A stretch of 64,000 nt of DNA from Candidatus Sericytochromatia bacterium (GTDB lineage Bacteria; Cyanobacteriota; Sericytochromatia; S15B-MN24; JAQBPE01). Location: NCBI GenBank assembly GCA_035285125.1, contig JAYKHR010000174.1, forward strand, positions 1 through 64,000, in the 5' to 3' direction. Positions 27,366 through 38,380 of this stretch are shown piece after piece. The notes under the pieces are model-generated. The model saw only the letters and a list, made by a program, of their open reading frames with translations, had not been told where the DNA came from and searched no databases. The position numbers and the translations under genes were made by a program. Each line of letters starts with the position of its first letter. Position 1 is the stretch's first letter.

Positions 27366-28187
27366 TCACGCTGGGCGCGCGTTCTCGGTTGCGTGAAAGG
27401 CCTCCCCGGCGGGCGCGGCCCCGAGCAGGAACGTGACCCCCGCCGCCAGGTCCGGGCCATAGTGGTGCGGGTCCGGCCGGCCCAGCCAGGGCTGCAGCTT
27501 GCTCCATGCGAAGACCCCCAGCCAGCCAGGGTGGGTCGCCGCGACGGCCACCAGCCCGGGCAACGCCCGCGGCAGGCGGCCAGACGCCAGGTGATCCACC
27601 GCCGCGCGAAGGGCCTCGTGGTGGCGGCGCATCGGGTACACCACGGGGTCCGCGGGGTGGTTCACCACGAGGCACCCCGGGTCTGCCGGATCCGGCCTGT
27701 GCCGCGAGATGCCCGGCAAGCCGAACAGCGCCGCTCGCGCCACCTGGTTGCGCCGGCCTGGCTCCGCGAGCACCCGGGCGATCGCCCAGGCCCCCTGGCT
27801 GAGCCCGGCCACCAGCACCCGCCGGGGCCGTGGGCCCGCGCTGAGGGCGTCTAGCAGGGCGCCCAGCAGGCCCACGCCATCCTCGAGGCTGCTCAGCAGG
27901 CGCCAGCTCGCTTCGTAGGGCACGAGCACGGCCGGCGGCCTTGCCGCGCTCGCCAGAGCCGCGTCCAGCTCTGCCGGCACCCATCCCTCCGCAGAGCCCG
28001 GCACCCAGAGCACGACCTCGCTCGCGTCCGGCGGCACGGCTGACAGGACGGTTGCCAGCCGCTCAGCCAGGGGGGCGGGGGCGGGCATGGGGGCGAAGAA
28101 CTCGCCGACCACGCGACGCTCATGGCTGAGCGCCGCGCGCAGCGTCGCGAAGAACCCACCGGCCTGCAAGGGCCCAGAAGGAGGCAC
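27366..28187 (-). CDS. Alpha/beta-hydrolase (cutinase/PE-PPE-like)
   Basis: Nucleophile elbow VAGLSQGA, LFGLP, DPV, C-terminal HHY. Start uncertain (GTG 28187 or ATG 28088). Confidence 0.7.
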   Translation of the reverse strand: MPPSGPLQAGGFFATLRAALSHERRVVGEFFAPMPAPAPLAERLATVLSAVPPDASEVVLWVPGSAEGWVPAELDAALASAARPPAVLVPYEASWRLLSSLEDGVGLLGALLDALSAGPRPRRVLVAGLSQGAWAIARVLAEPGRRNQVARAALFGLPGISRHRPDPADPGCLVVNHPADPVVYPMRRHHEALRAAVDHLASGRLPRALPGLVAVAATHPGWLGVFAWSKLQPWLGRPDPHHYGPDLAAGVTFLLGAAPAGEAFHATENARPA

Positions 28188-28206
28188 GGCGGGGCCGCGG
28201 CGAGGC

Positions 28207-29907
<1,701 letters not shown>

Positions 29908-29980
29908 GTCGATGGATCCTCGCTCGTTTCAGGGGAACGAAAGCCCCGAGCGTACCACGGGGTGGGCCGTGTCGGCCAGC

Positions 29981-30835
29981 CTACGCGTAGCGCGCGGCGG
30001 CCTCTCGGAGGTGCGCGGCGACGACGTGGACGAGGTCGGGGGGCCCCTCGACCTTGCAGGCCCTGCCGTGCCGCAGGATGTCCCGGATAAACCACCAGCT
30101 GAACGCCACGCGCCGGGTGACGGTCCGCTCGGCGCCCTCGGGCCCCTCGATCACTTCTCCGACGTCCACGTCGTCGTCGTGCGGTTCGTAGAACCTGGCG
30201 TCCTCGCCAAAGAGGCGGAGCTTCGCCTCGATCGCGTCGAGGGCGGAGACCCAGGGCTCGGTGTGTGGCACGGGCAAGGCGGAGACCACCTTGTCCAGCC
30301 GGAGGCAGCGGTTGTGGGCGAGGGCGGCGACGTCGTTGGAGGGCTTGTCATCCGTGTAGATGTCCACGTACCAGCGGCGCTCCCGGATCGTCAACTTCAC
30401 GTGGCGGGCCAGGTACTGGCTGGGCACGCCTCTGAGCCCGACATACTGGAATACCACCGGGGTCTGCCGCGCGATCGCGTCCTCGATGACCCCCCGGAAG
30501 GGCATCTCGCTGCGGGACAGCTCGGCGTAGACGGCCATCCGCTGGGCGGGGTCGAGGGGTCCGACGGCCGTCAGCAGGGGGGCCAGTTCCCTCACCTCGG
30601 CCACCCGTCCCGCATCGTGCAGCGCCTTCACGGCCTGAAGCAGCGCGTCGCTCTGGGCACCTGTCAGGCCGAGGGGCGTGCCCACCGGCACGGTGCCGTC
30701 CGCCACCGCCGCCACGAGCTTCGAGGGGCTGGGCTGCTCCCCCCACCGCAGGCCGAGACGCTCAGCGATGGCGGCCAGCCGCTCCTTGGTGCCGGGCGGA
30801 ACGGAGAGCGTGAGCGTGGTCTGGTTTCGTTGCAA
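29981..30835 (-). CDS. WYL-domain transcriptional regulator with N-terminal RHH-like domain
   Basis: TLTLSV...L.AIA..LGL.WGEQPSPSKLV.A; RERRWYVD...HNRCLRLDKV; WFIRDILRHGRACKVEGP. Start is TTG 30835 or ATG 30958. Confidence 0.85.
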   Translation of the reverse strand: MQRNQTTLTLSVPPGTKERLAAIAERLGLRWGEQPSPSKLVAAVADGTVPVGTPLGLTGAQSDALLQAVKALHDAGRVAEVRELAPLLTAVGPLDPAQRMAVYAELSRSEMPFRGVIEDAIARQTPVVFQYVGLRGVPSQYLARHVKLTIRERRWYVDIYTDDKPSNDVAALAHNRCLRLDKVVSALPVPHTEPWVSALDAIEAKLRLFGEDARFYEPHDDDVDVGEVIEGPEGAERTVTRRVAFSWWFIRDILRHGRACKVEGPPDLVHVVAAHLREAAARYA

Positions 30836-31096
30836 TGGCTGGGGTCCACATGAAAATCCCGCGGCGAGGCTGGCGGTCTCGGCGGCTGAAACTGCGAGTG
30901 CCGGGCGCGTTGGAGTTGTTATGCCCACCGGAGGCCCGATCGGAAACGCCAGTGCCATGGGGAAGTGTAACCAGAAAATCGCGAACCCCGAAACAATCTT
31001 GAGGGAAGTTTAACCACCGCTTGAAGTCCAGAGGGCACGGGGGGGCGCCGCCAGGGCGATGTAGTTAACAGCTCCCTGACAGCGAGGTGCGCCCCC

Positions 31097-32002
31097 TTGG
31101 CCCCAGCCGCCCTTCTCCAGAACGTCCTCCCCGCCGAGCCGGGCGCGATCTCGGGCACCCAGCTCAAGCGCCTGCAGTCGGCCGCGCTGCTCGATGGCGT
31201 GTTCGACGGTGAGGAGCGGGCCGCGATGCAGCAGCTGGCCGCGCGGGTGGAGCCTGCCTCCCGGCCGGCCCTCGATGCCTGGCTGGCCGCGCCCAGCAAC
31301 CCGGAGTTGGCCCTTGTCCGCAAGCGGTCCGCGGGCTTCGACACCCGGCTTGCCGCCCTCGCCAAGCACGCACAGCCCGGCGACGTGATCTTCTGGCACG
31401 ACCCGCGTGGGGGCGACCTTTCGCGCTGGCTCGGGGCCTGGTCGCACGTCAGCCTCGTGCTGGGCGACGGCAAGCTGCTCGACACGATGTCGCTCGAGGG
31501 CGTCTCGATCTCGACGCCGGAGGCTGTCCTCGCCAAGGTCGAGCGCCGCATGCAGGCCCGCTCCTTCGCCATCGGGCGGCCCGTCAACCCGCTCACGGCC
31601 ACCCAGTTGGAGCGCCTCGGGGCGGCTGCAGCGAGGCTCCAGGGCCGCGACTACGCGCTGGTCTCGCGCCTCTCGGACGATGCGGCCCGGCTCTCCTGCT
31701 CGCGGTCCGTCTACGAGGCGCTCAAGGCCGCCGGCGTGGAGGTTGCGCCTGTCGGCCGGCGCCTGGCTCGAAATGCCGTCATGCCCGGCGACCTGATGCG
31801 CGGGGTGAAGATGGTTGGGGTGGTGGACGAGGCTGGTGCGTTCCAGGCCGGCAAGCGCGTCGCGGCAGAGGCCTGGAACATCGGCACCCTGCGCAAGGCT
31901 GCCATCCGGACCTATGACTGGTGCCTGTCCCGCGTGCCGGCCCTCTGGCGCCTGGTCGACCAGTACCAGGCCGCGGCCCTGCGCGGCTTGCGTCGGGTCT
32001 GA
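31097..32002 (+). CDS. Permuted papain-like NlpC/P60 (YiiX/YaeF-like) protein
   Basis: QPGDVIF...WSHVSL (His) precedes GRDY...LSCSRSV (Cys)...MPGDL, the circularly permuted order. Confidence 0.8.
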   Translation: MAPAALLQNVLPAEPGAISGTQLKRLQSAALLDGVFDGEERAAMQQLAARVEPASRPALDAWLAAPSNPELALVRKRSAGFDTRLAALAKHAQPGDVIFWHDPRGGDLSRWLGAWSHVSLVLGDGKLLDTMSLEGVSISTPEAVLAKVERRMQARSFAIGRPVNPLTATQLERLGAAAARLQGRDYALVSRLSDDAARLSCSRSVYEALKAAGVEVAPVGRRLARNAVMPGDLMRGVKMVGVVDEAGAFQAGKRVAAEAWNIGTLRKAAIRTYDWCLSRVPALWRLVDQYQAAALRGLRRV

Positions 32003-32062
32003 GGCGCCGGGCGCGTGCCGCGACGATCGGGGGACAGCCAGCCGCCGCGGCCCCACGCCGCG

Positions 32063-32749
32063 ATGCCCGAGGATCTCCCCTTGCCTATCCGTCACCTGGA
32101 TGCCGACCTCGTGGTCGTGGCCAAGCCGGGCGGGATGGCCACCCACCCGGGCCCCGGCTGGTGGCGGGGGAGCGCCGTCAATGCCTTGCTGCATCACATC
32201 CCGGACTGGCCCGGGGTCGGAGGCGTGGCGGGGCCCGGCATCGTCCACCGGCTCGATCGCGACACCAGCGGCCTGCTGGCGTTCGCGCGCTCAGACCGCG
32301 CCCACCGGCCCCTGCTGGAGGCCGTTGCGGCCCGCCTTTTCGAGCGCGTCTACCTGGCGTGGGTGGAGGGCGACGTCCTGGCTCCGGGCCTTGTCGACGC
32401 CCCGCTGGGCCGCGCGGACGACGTGCCCCAGAACGTGGTCGTCCGCCCCGACGGCAAGGTCGCCCTGACGCGTTACGAGCCCGTGGCCCGCGCTGCCGGC
32501 CAGACCCTGCTGCGGGTGCGGCCCGAGACCGGTCGGACCCATCAGATCCGGGTGCACCTCGCGCACCTCGGCCACCCCGTCGTTGGCGACGAGCGCTACG
32601 GGACCCCGGGGGAGGTGTTGTTCCTGCACGCGTGGCACCTTGCCTTCGCGCACCCGGTCACCGGAGCGGCCCTGGCCTGGACCGAGCCACCTCCTGACGC
32701 CTGGCAGGCTAGCACCCGGCTGCCCCGCGACCTCTCGCCCCTGGGCTGA
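32063..32749 (+). CDS. RluA-family pseudouridine synthase
   Basis: KPGGMATHP, GIVHRLDRDTSG, TGRTHQIRVH, GDERYG, LHAW. Confidence 0.94.
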   Translation: MPEDLPLPIRHLDADLVVVAKPGGMATHPGPGWWRGSAVNALLHHIPDWPGVGGVAGPGIVHRLDRDTSGLLAFARSDRAHRPLLEAVAARLFERVYLAWVEGDVLAPGLVDAPLGRADDVPQNVVVRPDGKVALTRYEPVARAAGQTLLRVRPETGRTHQIRVHLAHLGHPVVGDERYGTPGEVLFLHAWHLAFAHPVTGAALAWTEPPPDAWQASTRLPRDLSPLG

Positions 32750-32885
32750 CCGGGGGGCCAGGCAACGCTGGCCAGTTCACACGAGGCCCAACCCCGGCTC
32801 CGTCTGTGATGGTGACGCCTGACGAGGCGAGGTGCCCCAGCGTGGGTCACGCCTCGGTGCGACGCCTCAGGAGGGAGAGTTACAG

Positions 32886-33545
32886 ATGATGAAGCACATG
32901 CTGGTGGGCCTGGTGGCCTGCCTCTCCGTTGCCGGTTGCGGGGTGCCTGCCGCGCACACGGGGCCCGATCGGGCTCCGGTCGAGGAGCTGGCCTGGGAGG
33001 GCCTCGCCCAGGCTGCCTCCGGCGTGAGGCTCGCCCGGATCGCGATGTACGGGCCCGGCGGCTTGCGGCTGCTCCAGGTGGGGCCCCTCGTGGCCTTCAC
33101 CCCGGCGGACATCGGCTCCGTCCAGTTGACGCTGCTGCGAGACACGGGCGGGGTGCCGGGCCCCGGCGGCACGAACTACACGGAGGTGGCCCGCAACATC
33201 CGCAACAACACCGCGCTGACGCCCTACACCAACACCGTCTCCATTGGCAACCTGAAGCTGGGCGCCACCTACGTCATCCGCTCGGAGGCGTTCACCGGGG
33301 CGAACGCCACGGGGGAGCAAATCGACACGATGGTGGCCTCCGACAACACCTGCCTGCCGTTCACGGCCCCGGGGTTGCAGGCCGTCGGGGGGGTGAACCA
33401 GGTCGACACCACGCCCCAGGTCATCAGCCTGCCGCTCGTCCTCAAGAACAAGGTGTTCTCCGGCCAGGCGACGGATGCCGACGGCCTCGCCGTCACGAAC
33501 GGCACCATCGAGAACACCTCGGCGGCAGAGACGATCTCGCCCTGA
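32886..33545 (+). CDS. Hypothetical lipoprotein, FN3-like beta sandwich
   Basis: GGAG-rich RBS. Lipobox VAGC. Motif IGNLKLGATYVIR. Confidence 0.75.
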   Translation: MMKHMLVGLVACLSVAGCGVPAAHTGPDRAPVEELAWEGLAQAASGVRLARIAMYGPGGLRLLQVGPLVAFTPADIGSVQLTLLRDTGGVPGPGGTNYTEVARNIRNNTALTPYTNTVSIGNLKLGATYVIRSEAFTGANATGEQIDTMVASDNTCLPFTAPGLQAVGGVNQVDTTPQVISLPLVLKNKVFSGQATDADGLAVTNGTIENTSAAETISP

Positions 33546-33597
33546 TCTTGGTGGTTCCGTGCGCGCAGCCAGCTTCGCCAGCCCCCTTCAGCAACGG

Positions 33598-34524
33598 ATG
33601 TGTCTCGACGTGGTTAATAGCGTCCAACAGCCTCAGCCTCCAGCGGGTGGCGCCCGTGGCAGGCCGCAAGGCCCCACGCCACGGACCGCCGCCCGGGGCC
33701 GGACGAAAGGCGCCGCGCGCCTGGGGGCGCTTCTGGCCGCCGGCTTGCTCGCCGCCGCTGGCTGCGGGGCCCCGGGTCCCGGCACCCTCGTGGTGCCGGG
33801 AGCCCGGGCCCCCCGGGGCCTGCACCTCGTCGCCCGCGTGGAGCGGCCCGATGCCCGAGGCCTGCTGGCGCTCCTGACCGAGAACCGGCGCCGCCTCCAC
33901 CATGTGAACCTGAGCCTGTTCAGGCAGGCCAGTGACGGCACCTGGCCCGCGGTGCCCGAGGCCACCCGCGTGGGGGTGCCCGCCGCCTCGCTCGGCAACC
34001 CGATCGCCCTCGGGGCGCTGCGGTTTGGCACCACCTATAAGTTGACCCTGGCGGCCTATGCCGACGCCAGCGAGAGCCTGGCCACGCTGGTGAGCGATGC
34101 CGCGCTCAGCCAGCTTACCTTCACCACGCCGGCGCCTCGGCTTGTCGGGTCGGCGCTCACGGTGGAGCGCGAGCTGGCCCTCACCGTGCCGCTCGTGCTG
34201 CTCAACACCCCCTACGCCGGCCGCGCGACCTACTCGCTCGCCGTGCTCAACCCGCAGGTGACGCACGTAAGGCTGGAACTCACCACGCCATCCGGCTCGG
34301 TGGCCTCGCGCCTCTACCCACGCGGCTCGACGCCCGCGACGGGCTTGCTCGACAACCTCAAGCTGGGCTCGACGTATACGCTGCGGGCGACGGGGCTGAA
34401 GGGCTCGGCCACCACGGGCGACGTCCTCGCCTCGGCCGCCGCGACCGTCACCATGCCGCTGGTCGCCCCGGACGGCACCGTCGAGACCGGCCCCTTCGGC
34501 CCCCTGTCGCTGACGCTGAACTGA
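33598..34524 (+). CDS. Hypothetical lipoprotein with two FN3-like repeats, paralog-like to the upstream gene
   Basis: LLAAAGC lipobox. Motifs LGALRFGTTYKLT and LDNLKLGSTYTLR. Start uncertain. Confidence 0.65.
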   Translation: MCLDVVNSVQQPQPPAGGARGRPQGPTPRTAARGRTKGAARLGALLAAGLLAAAGCGAPGPGTLVVPGARAPRGLHLVARVERPDARGLLALLTENRRRLHHVNLSLFRQASDGTWPAVPEATRVGVPAASLGNPIALGALRFGTTYKLTLAAYADASESLATLVSDAALSQLTFTTPAPRLVGSALTVERELALTVPLVLLNTPYAGRATYSLAVLNPQVTHVRLELTTPSGSVASRLYPRGSTPATGLLDNLKLGSTYTLRATGLKGSATTGDVLASAAATVTMPLVAPDGTVETGPFGPLSLTLN

Positions 34525-34549
34525 CGGAGGCCTGCGTCGCCCCGCCATG

Positions 34550-35386
34550 TCACCCGACGTGGGCGCCCTCGATCACCACCACCGTCACGTACCACTCGGG
34601 CTCGAAGGCAGCCAAGGGGTGGCGGTACAGCTCCGACCAGCGGACCGTCAGGCCCCGCTGAGCCAGCAGCGCGTGCTGGAAGTCCCGCTCCTTGGCCCCC
34701 TGGTTGGCGATGAACAGCACGCCGCCCGGCCGCAGCAGCCTCACGACGTGGGCCAGCAGCGCCTCTGGGCGCAGCAGCTTGCGCGGCAGCCCCCACTGGC
34801 GGTGATCCGACATGAACAGGAATGGGAAGAACAGCAATGCCACGTCCACGGGCCGATCGTAGGCCAGCCCGTCCATTCCGTGGTAGGTGACGCCCGGCAG
34901 GCCCCCGATGTAGGCCTCGGCCCAGTCAGCCCGGGAGCGAAGGTCGAGGTAGAGCCGCCAGGCGTCGAGCTCCACCCCGTCGAGGGAGACACTGCGCGGC
35001 TGGTTCGTGCGCCAGCGCTGCAGGAAGGCGTGTGCCGTCCGGACGTAGAACCAGTCGCAGGGGCCGACGTCCACCGCCGACAGGTTCGGCGGCAGCTGGA
35101 CGCCGGCAGCCGTGAAGGCCCGCTCCAGCATGTGCAGGTAGATCAAAGAACACTCGAAGGCGCCGCGGCCGGAGGCCTCAGCCCAGGCTTCGAGCCCGTA
35201 CTCGGTGACGAGGCGGTCCGCCTCCGGCTGGCCTTCCGGATCGAACAGGCCGGCCTTCGGCTCGCCGGGCAGCCGGGGCGTGCCCCGTCGCCAGCGGATC
35301 TTGGACCTGACGGGGAAGTCCACCTCCACGACGCCGAAGCGCTGCAGGGCCCAGAGCCCGCCGAGGGGGAGTAGCCACTCGAGCAC
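34550..35386 (-). CDS. Hypothetical protein, divergent class I SAM methyltransferase-like
   Basis: AVDVGP, DGVELD, LLRPGGVLFI. N-terminal hydrophobic segment. Confidence 0.6.
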   Translation of the reverse strand: MLEWLLPLGGLWALQRFGVVEVDFPVRSKIRWRRGTPRLPGEPKAGLFDPEGQPEADRLVTEYGLEAWAEASGRGAFECSLIYLHMLERAFTAAGVQLPPNLSAVDVGPCDWFYVRTAHAFLQRWRTNQPRSVSLDGVELDAWRLYLDLRSRADWAEAYIGGLPGVTYHGMDGLAYDRPVDVALLFFPFLFMSDHRQWGLPRKLLRPEALLAHVVRLLRPGGVLFIANQGAKERDFQHALLAQRGLTVRWSELYRHPLAAFEPEWYVTVVVIEGAHVG

Positions 35387-35392
35387 GTGGCG

Positions 35393-36262
35393 TCAGCGGC
35401 GCGGTGGCTGCGGCCTGGCAGGCGGCTGGGGCTTCCCCGGGGCGGCTCCCAGGCCAGGCTTGGCGGTCGGCGGCGGCGGGTTGAGGTAGCGCGAGACGAT
35501 GGCGAAGATGACCTCGAGCTCTCGCCTGTCGCCCGGCACGATGACGCGCGGCTCCCCCGTGTCCACCTCCAGCAGCATCCCGTCGGCGAACACCGTGACA
35601 CCCAGAAGCTTTTCGTACTTCAGCCGGAACGCATGCTGGCCCGAGTTGAACATCAGCCTGCGGTTGGTGACGGTCAGGGTGCCAGCCACGGCCTCTCCGA
35701 GTTCGGACTCCGCCAGGGGGTTCAGCCGCCCCGACCCCATCCTGTAAGGGGTCCCGGCCTTGATCACCTGTCCAATGCCGGGCGAGAGGAGGCGCGTGTC
35801 CTTGCGGACGGCGTGGAACGTGGCCGTCATGGACATGTGGGTCTGCTCCCCGGTCTCCAGGCCCAGCCCGGGCACCTCGTCCAGCGGCAGGTTGCCCCGG
35901 TGGATCTCGTAGAGCACCCGCATCTTGGCGAGCGTGTGCTGGTTCTGCGAGAGGGCCTTGCCATCCACCTCGAGATAGGCCGCGATCTTCTCGAGGTCCC
36001 GTTCCTCTTTGGGGGTGAACAGCCCGTCGGACTTCACCGCAGCCAGGGCCCGCTGGAAGGCCTTCATGCGAAGGGGCGCCACGTCGTCGTCCTTGAGCTT
36101 GAGCTGCTTGCGCAGCGTGTCGAGCTCGTCGATCTCGGCCTGCGTGAGCACGCCGTCTGCCATGGCCTCCATCAGCACCTTCTCGTACGAGGCCTTGCGT
36201 TCTTGCAACGTGCCTTGGGGCTGCAGGCCGATCTTCTGCGCCAGCGTGTCGATAATGCCCAT
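35393..36262 (-). CDS. Hypothetical protein with TerB-like helical repeats and a bacterial PH-like domain
   Basis: ADGVLTQAE and SDGLFTPKE repeats; LETGE...GTLTVTNRRLMF. Confidence 0.7.
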   Translation of the reverse strand: MGIIDTLAQKIGLQPQGTLQERKASYEKVLMEAMADGVLTQAEIDELDTLRKQLKLKDDDVAPLRMKAFQRALAAVKSDGLFTPKEERDLEKIAAYLEVDGKALSQNQHTLAKMRVLYEIHRGNLPLDEVPGLGLETGEQTHMSMTATFHAVRKDTRLLSPGIGQVIKAGTPYRMGSGRLNPLAESELGEAVAGTLTVTNRRLMFNSGQHAFRLKYEKLLGVTVFADGMLLEVDTGEPRVIVPGDRRELEVIFAIVSRYLNPPPPTAKPGLGAAPGKPQPPARPQPPRR

Positions 36263-36461
36263 GGGCGTAGAGCTCCAACTCGGGGGTGCCGTCCATCCAT
36301 ATACCCGTACTCAAGGCGGCTTTCGGGGGCGCGTCGATCGCGCGGGGCATTGGCCGGTCATTGAAAGGTTCGGTGGTTCTCGGTCGGATCCCCGATTACG
36401 AGACCGCCTTCGTCGGTATAGTGAAGGCAGGGTCTGTGCTCCGACCGGAGGGGTGGTGACA

Positions 36462-37325
36462 ATGGCAACGATCGGTGGCGGCTCCACGGAGCCTGGGCGT
36501 GCTGTCCAAGGCCCCCAAGCGGCCCTGCCCGCGGCCGACCCCCGGCGGGACGCGGCCCCGGTGCGGCCCGCCCTGACGGGTGACAGCCTCAAGCTGAGCG
36601 GCCAGGCCCCCGCGGCGGGCGAGTCCTCCACGGGGCAACGGATCGACCACCTGGCCCACTCCACCCACACCCCCCATGGCCTGATGCACACCGTCGAGGC
36701 CGGTGAGCGGGCTGTCCATGCCGCTGGACGCCTGGCCCGGCAGGCTGGCCGCGTCGCCTCGACCGCGTCCGAGGCGGCCGGGGAGGCCCACCATCTGGCC
36801 GAGGCCCACGGCCACGCGGGCATCTTTGCCCGCCTCGAAGCCGCCGGCTCCCGTGCGGCGGGCTGGTTGGGAGGCGTGGTCGGAGGCGGCATCAGGGCCC
36901 TGCCTGGAGGGGCCCGAGCGCTCGAGGCAGCAGGGTCCGCCACCGCGGCCGTGGGGCGGGCGGCGGAGGGACTGGTGGCCGGCACCCGGTTGGCGGGGGC
37001 TGGCGGTCGCCTCACCGCAGCGATGGGGGGGCGACTCCCCGTGATAGGCGCGGCGCTCGGCGGCGTCATCGCCGTCGCAGATGTGCGGGGTGCCTTGCGC
37101 ATCATCGATGATCCGGCCTCGCGCCCCCGAGACCGGGTCGTGGCAGCGGGGCAGGCGGGCCTCTCGGTGGTGAGCGGCGTGACGGGCGTCGGGGCGTTGG
37201 CAGCGGCTGGCGCTGTGGCCCTCGGGCTGACGGCGCCGGTGTCCGTGCCGCTGTTGCTCGGGGCCTCTGCGATCACTGGGCTCGGGGCCTTCGCCGCGTC
37301 CTTTCTGCTGCCGGCTCACAGTTGA
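36462..37325 (+). CDS. Hypothetical Gly/Ala-rich protein with hydrophobic C-terminus
   Basis: GGAGG RBS before ATG 36462. C-terminal hydrophobic hairpin. Confidence 0.65.
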   Translation: MATIGGGSTEPGRAVQGPQAALPAADPRRDAAPVRPALTGDSLKLSGQAPAAGESSTGQRIDHLAHSTHTPHGLMHTVEAGERAVHAAGRLARQAGRVASTASEAAGEAHHLAEAHGHAGIFARLEAAGSRAAGWLGGVVGGGIRALPGGARALEAAGSATAAVGRAAEGLVAGTRLAGAGGRLTAAMGGRLPVIGAALGGVIAVADVRGALRIIDDPASRPRDRVVAAGQAGLSVVSGVTGVGALAAAGAVALGLTAPVSVPLLLGASAITGLGAFAASFLLPAHS

Positions 37326-37352
37326 GGGCCTTGGCCGGCTACGCGCCGGGCC

Positions 37353-38321
37353 TCAGACGCGCAGGGCCTCGGGGCTGATGGCCCGCCAACGCGTCCGGCT
37401 GCGGGCCAGGTGGACGATCAACCGGGCAACGGTGGCGTTCACGGGCGCTCGGAGTCCGTGGCGTCGCGCCAGCCTGTCGACAGCGGCGTTGAGGTAGCTC
37501 ATCTCCGTCAGGGCCCCCCGCCGCAGGTCCTGGAGCATGGCGTTCCAGTTTTCCCGCGTGTTGTGGAGGGCCGTGTAGACGCGCTCGACGTCGGGGGGGC
37601 CCAGCACGACGCCCTCGGCCGCCGCGACCGGGACGGCCTCGGCCAGCACGTCCTCAATGACCTCTCGCAGCTCAGGCGACTCGAGGATGGCGCCGTTGCG
37701 CTCGTCAAGGATGGCGCAAACCCCGCTCACGGCCAGGTTCAGCAGGGCCTTTCGCCACTCGACCTCGGCCACGCTGCCGCCGTGCCGGGCGCGCAAGTTG
37801 GCCGCATTGAGCAGCTCCAGCCAGCTTTGGAGTCCGCCGACGGGGCGGTCGGCCTCCTCGCCGAGCTCGAACAGCGGGGCGCCCGCCACCACAGCCTCCC
37901 GGCCCGCCTCCAGCGTCACGCCGACCCAGCACGTGAGCCGCACGAGGCTGGCCGTGGGCATGTAGGCGCGCACGAACTTGTGCACCCCGAGCCCGTTCTG
38001 CACCAGCGCCACCCGCTGCTCGGCGTGCAGGGCCGCAGCGAGGGGGGCCACCAGCTTCTCGAGGTCCGTGGCCTTGGTCGCAATGATGACGAGGGCCTCC
38101 GGCGGCACCTGCAGCCCGTTCGCGAGGGTGACCACGGGAAGCCTGTAGGTGCCGGTGTCCGCTCCCGTGAGCACGAAGCCGTGGTCGCGCAGCACGTCCG
38201 CGCGGGGGCCGCGGGCCACCAGCGTCACGTGGGTGACGTGGCTCAGGTGGGCGGCGAGGTAGAGGCCGATGGCCCCGGCGCCGATGATCCAGACGGGCGG
38301 GTGGGCAGGCACGACAGACAT
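37353..38321 (-). CDS. panE: 2-dehydropantoate 2-reductase (ketopantoate reductase) family
   Basis: IIGAGAIG, ATKA, QNGLG, WRKALLN, MLQDL..G..TE...LN. Confidence 0.88.
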   Translation of the reverse strand: MSVVPAHPPVWIIGAGAIGLYLAAHLSHVTHVTLVARGPRADVLRDHGFVLTGADTGTYRLPVVTLANGLQVPPEALVIIATKATDLEKLVAPLAAALHAEQRVALVQNGLGVHKFVRAYMPTASLVRLTCWVGVTLEAGREAVVAGAPLFELGEEADRPVGGLQSWLELLNAANLRARHGGSVAEVEWRKALLNLAVSGVCAILDERNGAILESPELREVIEDVLAEAVPVAAAEGVVLGPPDVERVYTALHNTRENWNAMLQDLRRGALTEMSYLNAAVDRLARRHGLRAPVNATVARLIVHLARSRTRWRAISPEALRV

Positions 38322-38380
38322 GGAGACGACCTCGGAAGCGGCGCTGCCATGATACCCCGCATCCGTGCGATGATGTCCCG

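Noticed and set aside
30850..31000. Several GAAAC motifs beside the WYL gene suggesting a CRISPR array
   Set aside because: Spacing is irregular, no 25-40 bp repeat unit is present, and there are no cas genes.
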